A stretch of 64,000 bases of DNA from contig NW_027361737.1 of assembly GCF_039654945.1 (NCBI RefSeq), forward strand, positions 5,642,001 through 5,706,000, written 5' to 3'. Source of the DNA: Dendrobates tinctorius (Eukaryota). The notes beneath the pieces are model-generated. The model saw only the letters and a program-made list of their open reading frames with translations, was not told the DNA's origin and searched no databases. Each line of letters opens with the position of its first letter. Position 1 is the first letter of the stretch. The position numbers and the translations under genes are program-made. Of the stretch, positions 50,665 to 62,385 are shown piece by piece.

Positions 50665-51361
50665 ACTGTGGAACTGACATCAGGTCAGTAAATTCGTCTG
50701 ACGCAATTCTTTCTCCGGTCGCCCTTATGTCTGGCCTGTCCACGTTAGGAGGCGTCAGCGTCTCAGTGTCTGCTAGCCCTACAGTAGAAACATCTCTATC
50801 CTCCTGCCCCACATCTTTAAACATGACAAAGTCCCGGCGCCTCTCAAAGGTATGCACTAAGTTTGGTGGCCTACTACCACCTTGGCACTCCCCCTTTGTC
50901 ATCTCAATTAGGACTCTGTCCACCTTATAATTCACAATGACCCCGTGGAGGCAGCGAACTCTGACGTTTTTCTCGGTCAGAGCTAAAATGAGCAGAGTTC
51001 CTTTGAGAGTCACCTGACTCTTTGAGTCCAGCCTACCAGGGACTCCTTCCCGATGCAGCATCACGTTACACACCTGCAGCCCATCGTCACTATCCGGAAA
51101 GGATATCCCACATTCTGACCAAGTCATACACACACACTGCGGTACTCCAGATGTACCCACTGAGTCATCTAGCGCTGTCATTTCTTCAAACTTGGCCCTT
51201 TTCTGGACCACCACCCCACTTTGGGTTGCCGCCCCCTCCTGGGACTCCACCCCTTTATGGGTTACCGCGCCAATTTGGGACTTCACCCCCTTTTGTGCTA
51301 CTACCCCGATTTGGGTCACCGCCCCCTTTTGGGACTCCACTCCCTTTCGGGATCTCCCCAT
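50657..51361 (-). CDS. Upstream ORF: 6-aa repeats plus degenerate Gypsy retropepsin
   Basis: ATG at 51361 in a strong context (GACATGG); LDSKSQVTL, VRVRCLHG and RRDF resemble LDSGSxVTL, VxCIHG and LGRDF. Confidence 0.6.
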   Translation of the reverse strand: MGRSRKGVESQKGAVTQIGVVAQKGVKSQIGAVTHKGVESQEGAATQSGVVVQKRAKFEEMTALDDSVGTSGVPQCVCMTWSECGISFPDSDDGLQVCNVMLHREGVPGRLDSKSQVTLKGTLLILALTEKNVRVRCLHGVIVNYKVDRVLIEMTKGECQGGSRPPNLVHTFERRRDFVMFKDVGQEDRDVSTVGLADTETLTPPNVDRPDIRATGERIASDEFTDLMSVPQCE

Positions 51362-54344
51362 GTCTGTTATACCGGTCTTCTCAGACCACAGTTCACACCA
51401 CAGTTTGTGTCTCTTACGATACCACACAAGTCTTTGTTGGCACCACCACAGCTCCTGCTGTCACCGATCACCGGCTGCTGTTCACACACAGCTGCTGGTG
51501 TCACTGCAGCTCCTGCTGCGCCGTCTTCGTGGACCCGCTGATCCACCGGAAGCCGCTTGTCCCCTTCGTAACCCCGCCGGGTTACCGGAAGCCGCTTGTC
51601 ACCCTCGAAGATAAAAGAAACCACAAAAGCGCGCCCATAGGGCCTTACCAGTGCAGGTATAATGGGTATAAAGAAATAATACAGGGTACTCACCCTTAAT
51701 AGTTGTGTAAAGCCACAACTACTGTATCCGCTTAGTCACATGCAATAACGCTGCAGCAGGATGGTACCAATGCTGAAAGAGGAGATCCCAAAAAAAGAAA
51801 AACACCAGGTCCCTGTGCTGCGAGATCTTCGTGACCCCACTGAGCCACAGCAAGCACCTTCAGGTTTTGCAGAGGAAAAAAGGAAAAACACATGCAGGAA
51901 AAAACTCCAAAAAACTCACGTATCCTGTCTGTGCACTATTCAGGACGTACCGTCTCCGCCTGAGACCGTCCAACACACAGGGCACACCGGGTGCTATTCA
52001 GGGAGCCGACCCTCCTCCCAGGGTCTCCCAACACACCGGCCTCACCAGGTCCAAGGTCATATCACGTGTTCCAGGGATCCAATTCCTCTCTCAGAACCTC
52101 CCAACACTGACCCTCCAGGACCTTGCTCACTGATCCAGGTCAGTACAACAACGAACACCTGTCGTTACCTGTGTCGGCCACACAGGTCCTCGGGTACCTC
52201 TTATCCGCAGAGGCACCCTAGCAATCACCCGTCTCTTCCACTGAGCTGCTGTCAGTGTACGGCTTTCACAATAGTCAGCCCTCCTGGCTCAGCGTTGCCA
52301 GCACTGCAACATGTGCTGTTGGAACTGCAGCCCTTAGCAACAAAGTATTTTTTTTTTTTTGGCAGTCCTTTTCCGTTGCCCCCAGCAACAAGGCTCCTAT
52401 ATTGCCCTTAGCAATTCTCCACCATTTGTGAGGTAGCGCTGTCATTCAGGGTTGGGGGGACACTCGCTTGGCAGCGAATAAGTCACATCCAGCACGGGTT
52501 TTCATAAAGCAGTATAATCCATGCGGTTTATTTCAGCTTCATAAACCATCACAGCAACAGAAAACAGCATACAGTCAGCATTGCGTCCATTACAGAGTTC
52601 AGCTCTGTTATCCTTGCATCACACAAGATGTGCACTGTTCAATGCGCAGGCTTTCTAGCCACCAAGTTATCTTACCCACGTCAGGGTTGCCTCGTGCTGT
52701 TTCACCATGCTGCACGTTTATTCCCTCCAGGGAACTAACAGGCACATATCGCCATTACACACAGCGTCCACATGTGCTGTCAGGCAGGAAGCCCTATGTC
52801 AGCGGGACCTTCCTCTCTGGACCAATCGGGTCCCTGCATTCAACCACATGTGACCAGACCTCAGGTACCTTATATGGTCCATAACCACACCCACAGGTGA
52901 TCACATGGCTATGACCTCACCCAAGGTCCTATTGCAGACAATCACACACACAGGCTTCCCTGACACATTGTAACAGGACGTACTAGTCAGCAGTACCTCT
53001 GCTGATCATTATGATCTTTCAGTATCCTACCCCTATCAGGGCAGTGGAAATGTTTATACGGCTGTCCTGGGACACCCACACAGCACCCCCTAGCGGACAC
53101 AGCGGTCACTGCACCACAATATGTATTGAAATGTCAGATGATATGTCACCAGGGATCTAATAGGAATAAAATGTACAATATGAAGCTATTTATTTTTACC
53201 TTCAATCAAGGCTCACATAGAGTAATTTGACGCAGATTGTCTCCAAAATGCACATTAAAAAAGCTTGCTATTCCCTGCATGCTCTTCCTTTTCATTTCAT
53301 TGAAAGATTAACGAGTTTTTTTTTTTTTTTTTTAAACCTTGCAATGGTAAAAAGCAGTGATACATCCCTTCATCGAATCTGCTCCAAATTTGACAGTCAA
53401 TTCAAAAGGCAGCAAAAAAACTATAGAAAAAATTGCTTCAAAACCTCCTAAAATGGCTTTAAAATATTATTTAGGAATAGCAATTGGTTCCACTAAAGCA
53501 GCATTCCCTGAAGTGGATTACTCTTGAAAAACTTGGCTTATTGTCACCTCCAAAAACAGATGACTATATCCCTACAGACTAGGTCAGGGCTTGTGTTTTT
53601 ATCTCTATTCTAAAGAGATGAGCAAAAGTTTCCTATACACTTTAAATAAATTTGTCCAAACTTGCCAAATCCTACCGGAGCTGCAAAAGTGGCCAGGCCC
53701 TGCACCTAACATAAACTAATGAAGTCAGATGGTATATGCGCTTACATAATATTGGGAATAGGGATTTTTATCCTGATGAGGCCTTTTATCCCATTTACAA
53801 AATAGAGCCAAAGATCAGATTCCTGACAGCTATATTGTTTGTTCTGTATGAGGCTGCTGAGAAAGGCGAGTGCAGCGCTGTGCAGCCTGAAAGGGAAGGA
53901 ATGGAGCAGCAGTCGCACATGCGCACTGCCACTCCACTCTTACAGGGATAAAATTTCCCCATTCTACTGATCGGTACTTATCCCAGCAGTTGGACACCCA
54001 TCAATCAACTTGGGAATAAGTGACAACTTGTTTTCACAGGTCAACCTCAAAGAATTAACTAGACTGCCTCCACTCAGGAACCTGTTTTCTATGCACTGAC
54101 AAGTCATCGTAGAGGTGATCCCTACCTAGAAGGATTCACCTTTGATTGAGAAAAATTTAATATACTTCCCATACAGTGCCGGATGCAGGAGAAATGAAAA
54201 GATGCATCGAGGTTACTGATTGGTTGTTATAGCTAAGGGTGGAGAAGCTTGACCAGCAGCAATCAGTTGATTACTTTTGGCTTGTTTGGGTTTATACATA
54301 GCAATTATTACTACATTCCAAACAGGAATACAGTCATATGTACA

Positions 54345-55130
54345 GTTACATTTTGGAAGAAGGTCCTGTGGACTGATGAAACAAAGATTGAGTTGTTTGG
54401 TCATACAAAAAGGCGTTCTGCATGGAGGCTAAAAAACACAGCATTCCAAGAAAAACACTTGCTACCCACAGTAAAATTTGGTGGAGGTTCCATCATGCTT
54501 TGGGGCTGTGTGGCCAATGCCAGCACCGGGAATCTTGTTAAAGTAGAGGGTCACATGGATTCAACTCCGTATCAGCAGATTCTTGACAATAATGTGCAAG
54601 AATCAGTGAAGAAGTTGAAGTTACGCAGGGGATGGATATTTCAGCAAGACAATGATCCAAAACACCGCTCCAAATCTACTCAGTCATTCATGCAGAGGAA
54701 CAATTACAATGTTCTGGAATGGCCATCCCAGTCCCCAGACCTGAATATCATTGAACATCTGTGGGATGATTTGAAGCGGGTTGTCCATGCTCGGCGACCA
54801 TCAAACTTAACTGAACTGGACTTGTTTTGTAAACAGGAATGGTCACAAATACCTTCATCCAGGATCCAGGAACTCATTAATAGCTACAGGAAGCGACTAG
54901 AGGCTGTTATTTTTGTTGAGGTGCCCATACTTTTGCACCGGTCAAATTTTGTTTAAATGCAGATTGCACATTTTCTGTTAGTACAATAAACCTCATTTGA
55001 ATCCAGAAATATAACTGAGTCCTTCAGTTATTAGATATATGAAACTGAAATAGCTGTTGCAAAAACCAAAATTGTTATAAAGAAAAAAGGTTAACATTAA
55101 TAGGGGTGCCCAAACTTTAACATATCACTG
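54345..55130 (+). mobile_element. 5'-truncated Tc1 (DD34E) element
   Basis: [31 protein letters not shown]; right terminus ...ATATCACTG+TA. Confidence 0.88.
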
Positions 55131-57444
55131 TATATTGTTGCAGTAACAGCTTCCTTAATGATCATAATAGCCTACTGGATCGGATCTTTGACCTACAGTA
55201 ACATGATCATGGGGAAAACCTCTGTCTAGCTGCCCCTGCCCCAACAGGGTCCAACCATCATAATGGGTAAGGAAAGCATTAGCTAACATTAAATAAGAAC
55301 TTTTTTTAAGCAAACCCATGTTTCATCATAAAGGTCATCCAAAGTAAGCATCCAAATTTCTGTACCATCAGCGAAAATTCTCAGGTCATTTTGCCCAGTA
55401 GTAACGACCTCTTCTGTATGTATTTGAGGTTATTGACCTTGCCTATATGTTGAGAAGACACAGGTAAAAAGCCTGAAGTGGGGAATAGTTATAAATGTTT
55501 TCAATACTGCACATTTTTAACAAGAAATATAGGCAGGATCATGCAAATTTTGGGGTTTATTTTTCCAGTACTTCTATCTACATTGCTACTGGCGGTGTGG
55601 CACGTTCACTACAGCTATAGTTACCAAACAACAAGTAATATTCATTTTATGCAGAACAGATTCTGTAAGAAGTAGATATCTAGATATACTGAATATAGTT
55701 CTCAAACAGCAGAAGCAAAATGACAACATAGGAATACAATATCTCATGTGATAATTTGTCTGTTTTAGTCTTTTTTAATCAATTATTTTTAATTAGATAT
55801 TTTAAGAGGAGATGGAACCGATCAGCACATGGAATGATGCAGCATATAACAGGGTAACAGCCGTGGGTGGAGCGGAGTACTAATATTCACAATAATAACC
55901 CCCCAAATCTTTGTTATAGCTGTTATCAACTACCACTATAAAAACATTTGTAAACGCAAGGGCGCCCCCTTCTTTTATGAACAGTACCCCTAACACATCC
56001 CTTCTGCATCAGGCACAAGGCTTCTTACCCTGAGGGGACGCAGAACAGTCCCTTGAGCTGCACAACGGTGCACAGCAGTCCCGGTAGCAGTCCCGGTAGT
56101 CCGTGAACATCAATGGTGCTCCGGGCCATCTCCTGATGGCTGTTCTTCTTCGCCAGCAGTAGGGCACCCCAATGCTCTGGGGCACCAGGATGTCTTGCAG
56201 TCCCTGGGCCATGAGTGCTCACTCTCTCCATAGTAGTTCTGCTATAGGAGCACAACAAACGCCCCCCAAAAATTTTCCTCAGGTCCTGTGGACCGTCATG
56301 GACTATTCAGATGAGCGCTGCAGGGTTCCATACCCTGGGGGAATGTGGGGATATAAACATGCACTAGAAGGGGAAGAGGGGGCCATGGAGGATTCCACGG
56401 CGCGCGTCCTGCGCCGTATCTTCACTTGGGAAGCAGGCCTTGGCATGGGCCGAAGAGAACTCCACCGCCGCATCTCCAAATGGCGGAAAAGCCTCAGGGG
56501 CAGAGGGGTCCTTAATTGCCCCTGCATGTGGGTCAACACCTCCTCTGGAGGGCCCGGCGGCCCCAGAGGATACCCAGCAGGAGCATGGGTGGTCTTGAGC
56601 CCCTGCTGAAGGACAGCATCGGGGCCCAGCAGTCCACCACTGGTGGCGGTGGGGGTGCACTCATCTCTGGCGATGTGGTGGTTCCGCTCCATTCGGCCCC
56701 AAGCTCCTGTAGATCTAGCCGCAGGTGGGGTGCCGGGGATGTTGGCCGGTGAGAGGCGGAGAGGGGAAGCTGAGGCCTGATAGAGCGGAGGGCAGTCGGC
56801 CCCGCATAGGCCGCAGATCCATCGGGAGCCGGGAACACAGGATGAGAGGAGGCCAGGAGGGAAGGCCGAGGGCCGGTGTCGGGGCCCTTGGGCCTGTCTC
56901 TCGCAGAGGGCGGGTGGGTGGGAACTTCTTCCAGCACCGCAGCTCCCTTCAGGCCGATCCGCCACTCTTCCAGGCTCGGCTGGTCTTCGCTGCTCCTCCG
57001 CAGCTCCTGATCCCGTCATCTAGTGTCTGCTACTGTTCTTCATCCTGCCGTGTGGCAGGACCAGCCTCCAGGCCCTATGGTTCCGCAGGGGGGTCAACAA
57101 CAGTTCCTCCAGCGGCTGCTCTGACACAGCCTGGGCCGCGGGCGAGCGCTGCTCCGTTTTCTCCTCCGGCTCCAGCTCCGCGAGTCCGGCTGTCGGGGAC
57201 TACATCTGCTGCAGATCTCCAGGATGGGTGAGTGCTTGCTGCACTGGCAACTGCTTCCTGCTCTCGCTGTAGTCTTTCACTGTGGAGGAGTGCCCAGCTT
57301 TCCAGCAGCAGCACCCAGCTTTCCTAGCAGTGTTCCAGGGACAGGCTCGGCTTAGCTGCCCCTGATAGTCCAATGTGGCAGCAAACTCCTGCGATTCTTT
57401 CAGGCGCTTATATGCCACAGCCATTTCTGCAAAGTACTTTTCGT

Positions 57445-58228
57445 TCAATGTTTCTAGCAGCTATTTTACCATGATGGCCTGCTGCACAAAGTCTCCTCTT
57501 AACAGTTGTTGTAGAGATGTGTCTGCTGCTAGAACTCTGTGTGGCATTGACCTGATCTCTAAGCTGAGCTGCTGTTAACCTGCGATTTCTGAGGCTGGTG
57601 ACTCGGATGAACTTATCCTCCGCAGCAGAGGTGACTCTTGGTCTTCCTTTCCTGGGGCGGTCCTCATGTGAGATAGTTTCTTTGTAGTGCTTGATGGTTT
57701 TTGCCACTGCACTTGGGGACACTTTCAAAGTTTTCCCAATTTTTCAGACTGACTGACCTTCATTTCTTAAAGTAATGATGGCCACTCATTTTTCTTTACT
57801 TAGCTGCTTTTTTCTTGCCATAATACAAATTCTAACAGTCTATTCAGTAGGACTATCAACTGTGTATCCACCAGACTTCTGCACAACACAACTGATGGTC
57901 CCAACCCCATTTATAAGGCAAGAAATCCCACTTATTAAACCTGACAGGGCACACCTGTGAAGTGAAAACCATTTCCGGTGACTACCTCTTGAAGCTCATC
58001 AAGAGAATGCCAAAAGTGTGCAAAGCAGTAATCAAAGCAAAAGGTGGCTACTTTGAAGAACCTAGAAAATAAGACATATTTTCAGTTGTTTCACACTTTT
58101 TCGTTAATTATGTAATTCCACATGTGTTAATTCATAGTTTTGATGCCTTCAGAGTGAATCTACAATTTTCATGGGAAAATAAAGAAAACTCTTTGAATGA
58201 GAAGGTGTGTCCAAACTTTTGGTCTGCA

Positions 58229-58231
<3 letters not shown>
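57445..58231 (-). mobile_element. Tc1 5' fragment
   Basis: ORF 57408-57728 (RKGRPRVTS...ISTTTVKRRL); terminus GTCCAAACTTTTGGTCTGCACTG+TA. Confidence 0.8.

Positions 58232-58297
<66 letters not shown>
58232..58297. repeat. (TA)n(CA)n microsatellite between two Tc1 ends
   Basis: Directly visible; followed by another Tc1-like end (CAGGTGCTTCTCACAAAATTAGAATATCATC). Confidence 0.9.
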
Positions 58298-58948
58298 GGT
58301 GCTTCTCACAAAATTAGAATATCATCAAAAAGTTAATTTATTTCAGCTCTTCAATACTAAAAGTGAAACTCACAGATTATATAGAATCATTACAGAGTGA
58401 TCTATTTCAAGTGTTCATTTCTGTTAATGTTGATGATTATGGCTTACAGCCAATGAAAACCCAAAAGTCATTATCTCAGTAAATTAAAATACATTATTAC
58501 ACCATGGAGAGAAGAGGGCACCGACCTCCGAAATGGAGAGAGCAGCAGAGCAGAGGCCCCGTTAGGTGTAATATAACTACATTAGAAATACGTGGCCACA
58601 TTTACTATGGGGGTGAAGGTCTCTTTAAAAGCAATTACACTCTTATATACTGAAATGTAACGTCTAGATCTTGAAGGATTATTGTCCTTGACCCTGAGGT
58701 GTTACCCCCGTGCATTCATCTTATAATCTACAGCTCAACCTTCCTTCCTAGTTCTTCCCTGACAATACTTTCCATAATAAAATAAAAGTTTTCAAAGTGT
58801 GATGTTGCTGCCATACAGTATATTCTGAACATTTTCCTTAATGAAAGTGAAAAAAATGAACTTTTATCAAAGTATCTGTTTTGTTACATTTTGCACCGTA
58901 TCATTAATTCACAATTACTATGGTAAATGTCGAATGATCCCTTTTTAG

Positions 58949-59038
58949 ATGGTGTTCCCGGCTCTTGTATTTCTTGGATTAAAGAACAATGACTGCTGTG
59001 GATGTTGTGGAAATGAGAAATGTGGAAGGAGATTTGCT
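58949..59038 (+). CDS. TM4SF4: TM4SF4 copy B, exon 2 (90 nt)
   Basis: TAG|MVFPALVFLGLKNNDCCGCCGNEKCGRRFA|GTAAGA. Confidence 0.95.
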
Positions 59039-59199
59039 GTAAGAAAAAAATTATTGTTTAAATGTCATCTAAAAATTAATGGAAATCTAACAATCCAACT
59101 TGGTGATTTTTATCAATACGTGTTCTGTGTAAATATACCCTTTTATCCCTTTCTTGCTCCGTGATATACCATTACATCATGGAGCAGGTGGGGGTGTAT

Positions 59200-59414
59200 G
59201 GCCGGGGTCACACTTACAAATGTGATGCGAGAAACTCACATGAGTCTCTCACATCAATACCCGACACTGCCGCCGGCACTGACCGGAGTATGCGGCTGTA
59301 TGTATTTCTGTGCGGCTGAACGATCCGGTCCCAATTGCCGGCAGCAGAGCAGGGTATTGATGTGAGAGACTCGCGCAAGTTTCTCGCATCACACTCGCAA
59401 ATGTGACCCCGGCC
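59200..59414. mobile_element. Harbinger-like MITE, same family as 10607-10784
   Basis: GGCCGGGGTCACA / TGTGACCCCGGCC termini; TAT on both sides. Confidence 0.8.
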
Positions 59415-59646
59415 TATGGAGGAGGGTCAGGAGTTGAGCCCAGTCTCCCCAGGACAGGTGCCAGCTGTATTATACAGCTGACATCTGCCTCCAAAAGTAG
59501 AGAGTACTAGCTCAGATTGCTGCTGTTAAACCACTTAATTGATGCTGCCAATCTCTGATCATGATCCTGGTGCAGAGTCCTGCTGGAGGACTTGTTCCTC
59601 TGAAACACAGCTACAGTTTACTATGTACTGGAATACTGAACTGTTA

Positions 59647-59952
59647 GGCTATGTGCACACACTGCGGAATCACCTGCGGGTTTTTCCCCGCGGAACCACA
59701 GGTAAAGTGACCTGCAGTTTTCCTGTGGTTTGGCCCTGCGGTTTCACACCTCTACTATGTTAAAGGTGTGAAACCGCAGATGAATCCGCAGAAACAATTG
59801 ACATGCTGCGGTTTACGCGCGGAAAAAAACGCAGCGTGAGCACTGCGGCTTTGAAAACCCATAGGGTTACATGGTACTGTACCATGTCTGCGGAACTGCT
59901 GCGGTTCTGCAGGGTCAAGACCGCAGCGGAACCGCAGCCTGTGCACATAGCC
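59647..59952. mobile_element. Harbinger-like MITE
   Basis: GGCTATGTGCAC / GTGCACATAGCC termini; TTA TSD. Confidence 0.8.
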
Positions 59953-61108
59953 TTACAGTGTAGAATTCAGGGAAGAAATATAATAAAAAAGTGTTATTTT
60001 TTAATGGGAATCCATACCAGGTTTTTTTTTGTACCCCATCTGAGAGCAGCATGATGTAGGGGCAGAAGCACTGATTCCAGTGATTTGGCACTTACTGAGC
60101 TGCTTGTTATTATTTTGGTAAGTCATTGTTTTATCTGCTGTAAATCTAGCAGTTCTCTGAATGCTGTGCTCTGTATAACACTGCCCACAGAAGTGATTGG
60201 CAGCTTTCTGGCCAGAGTACATAGAAAGCTGCCAATCAGTGGAGGGGGTGGGGTTATACAGCACTCATGAATATGCCTGACTACTTGGCATTAGACCTCT
60301 GCTGATAAAACAGTGATTTTATCAAAATTACAATAAGTAGCCTAGTAAGTGACATATCTCTGGAATCAGAGTCTCTACATTATGCTGTTTTCACATGGCT
60401 AAAACCTGGTCACTGATTCCCTTAAAGAATATTATTAAACTATCAAACAAGTTGGAATTGCCTTTCTTTTCTCCATCCAAATATAAAGAAATAAAAAAAT
60501 AAATAAAAATAAACATTCTGTATCTCTACATCTGTAAAAGAGCAATCTCTCAATACATGCATCTATTTAACCAATTTAACCAGTAGAGGTGGTATGATCA
60601 GACCATGTCCCTGCATGGTCAGACTCAGCCATTACACAGTACACAGCAGGGGCACATGTATAAGATTATCTCAGCACAGGAACATTTTATTTCATCACAT
60701 CCTAATCTGGAACTTATTATTAGACCAATATCTAGTGAATAGAATGAACTTTTGTTTGTGGGAAACCCCCTTAATATACTTATATGCATACTATGGAGAG
60801 CTTCGATTATCAGCTATGGGAAAGAATAAAGAATTACAGAGGGTCACCCTTGTAGAAGACAACCCAATAAACATTATCATCATGTGTGAAACCTCTGAGA
60901 CACCCCGCTAACATTGCTGTGTTATAGGGTTGTTTTTCTGAAAGAGGATCAGTATGGAGAAGATATATGAGAATTGTAGAAAAGTTTCACATTTACGCAT
61001 GATCCTTATATGCATTGTAAGTTAGTAACAAAAGTTTCTGCATCCAGAGCTCATTGTAATGCGGACGTGATGCTCACTTTGTTGTCTCTCTGTTTATTGC
61101 TTTTGAAG

Positions 61109-61245
61109 ATGTTGTCCTCTATACTGTTTGCCGCCATTGGATTTGTTGGCGCTGGCTACAGCTTTATCATCTCCATAGTCGGAATACATAACGGTCCAAA
61201 GTGTGATGTAGGCTTTGGAAACTGGACATATGCTTTTGAAGGGGG
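61109..61245 (+). CDS. TM4SF4: TM4SF4 copy B, exon 3 (137 nt); exons 4-5 lie outside the window
   Basis: AAG|MLSSILFAAIGFVGAGYSFIISIVGIHNGPKCDVGFGNWTYAFEGG|GTAAGT. Confidence 0.93.
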
Positions 61246-62385
61246 GTAAGTACATAGAGTAGGTCCTAAGTACGGTACATCATATACACCCTAAAGGGGG
61301 CAGAATTATAGTGATTAGCTATACATGAACAGTAAATCTAATGAACAAACTAAACACACCAGAAACATGTCAGCCATAATCTCATCTACTGTATTTACAT
61401 CCATTACATGCAGTATTCCCCATTTCATCTACTATTAGACCAAAGTATGGCAGGGAATGCACCTGCAGGACCATAGGGAAGGGTCCCTCCAACCTTGTGT
61501 AGCCTGTGAGTGGGATAATTAGGGATGTGAGCACTCTTTCTTCAAAGTCCAAAAAATACAGAACTTATTTGTTTTTCTCACTTATTTAGCACCATTAATT
61601 TCCAACAGTGCTTTATAGACCTCATCAATTAAAATAAAAAAATGTCAGGATAAATGCTTGTTTATAGCTGTGAAGGAGTTAACGCCAGGATATTCTTCAG
61701 TGGTCTAAGACAGTTAATAGGTTAATGTCATCATACCTGGTGGGCTAGTATAATCAGGGATTTAATACCAAAATTCCTGGGAATCTAAGGTAGTAAACAG
61801 GTTAATTAAAGGATTCCTTGTGGGTGATGGGATTGGAGGGGATAACGAAAGGATAGGAGATAAATGTATGATTGCTTGGGATCTAGCCATTAGGGTCCCC
61901 ATTGACTGCAAGAAAAAGGCTTCCAAAGTCTCCTGTGTGAATGAATGGGTAACTGCAGGAATACTTCTCAAATGACTATTTATAGAGACAGTGGCACTTA
62001 TGAACCCCATCGCTAAAAAAGACCCATGGAAAAGAATAGAGTAGTGGTTACTCATGTACCAATCACTTTGTTCACACAGGGAACTAGAGTACCTCAGTTT
62101 CCATCATTGGCCAGGGTCAGAAAGGTAGTTTTAGACCCCAAACAATGATTTATTTACCTGCTTATGTGATACCACATTTATTTTAAGGTCCTTGTTAAGT
62201 GGTTAATGTTCCACAATGGGTTTAATTGGATACTTGCCTCCCTAAACTTCAGCATTGTCCTGGCTGCACTGGGAGGCTGAACACTGATTGTTCTGGTTCC
62301 TGGTGGATGGAGTGAATTTCACATCTGTATGATTGGGTGGAACAATTCCTCTCAATGAACTGTCTGATCATTCTTAAAGTGAACC

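Larger units (their letters stand above)
48169..53118 (-). mobile_element. Non-autonomous Gypsy-type LTR retrotransposon carrying an FXR1-derived ORF (5' LTR 52427-53118, 3' LTR 48169-48860)
   Basis: Two 692-bp TG...CA LTRs with ~7 mismatches; TSD ATAT at 48165-48168 and 53119-53122; PBS TGGTGGAGAAT (tRNA-Ala type) at 52414-52424; PPT GGGGGGAGGTA at 48861-48871. Confidence 0.95.
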
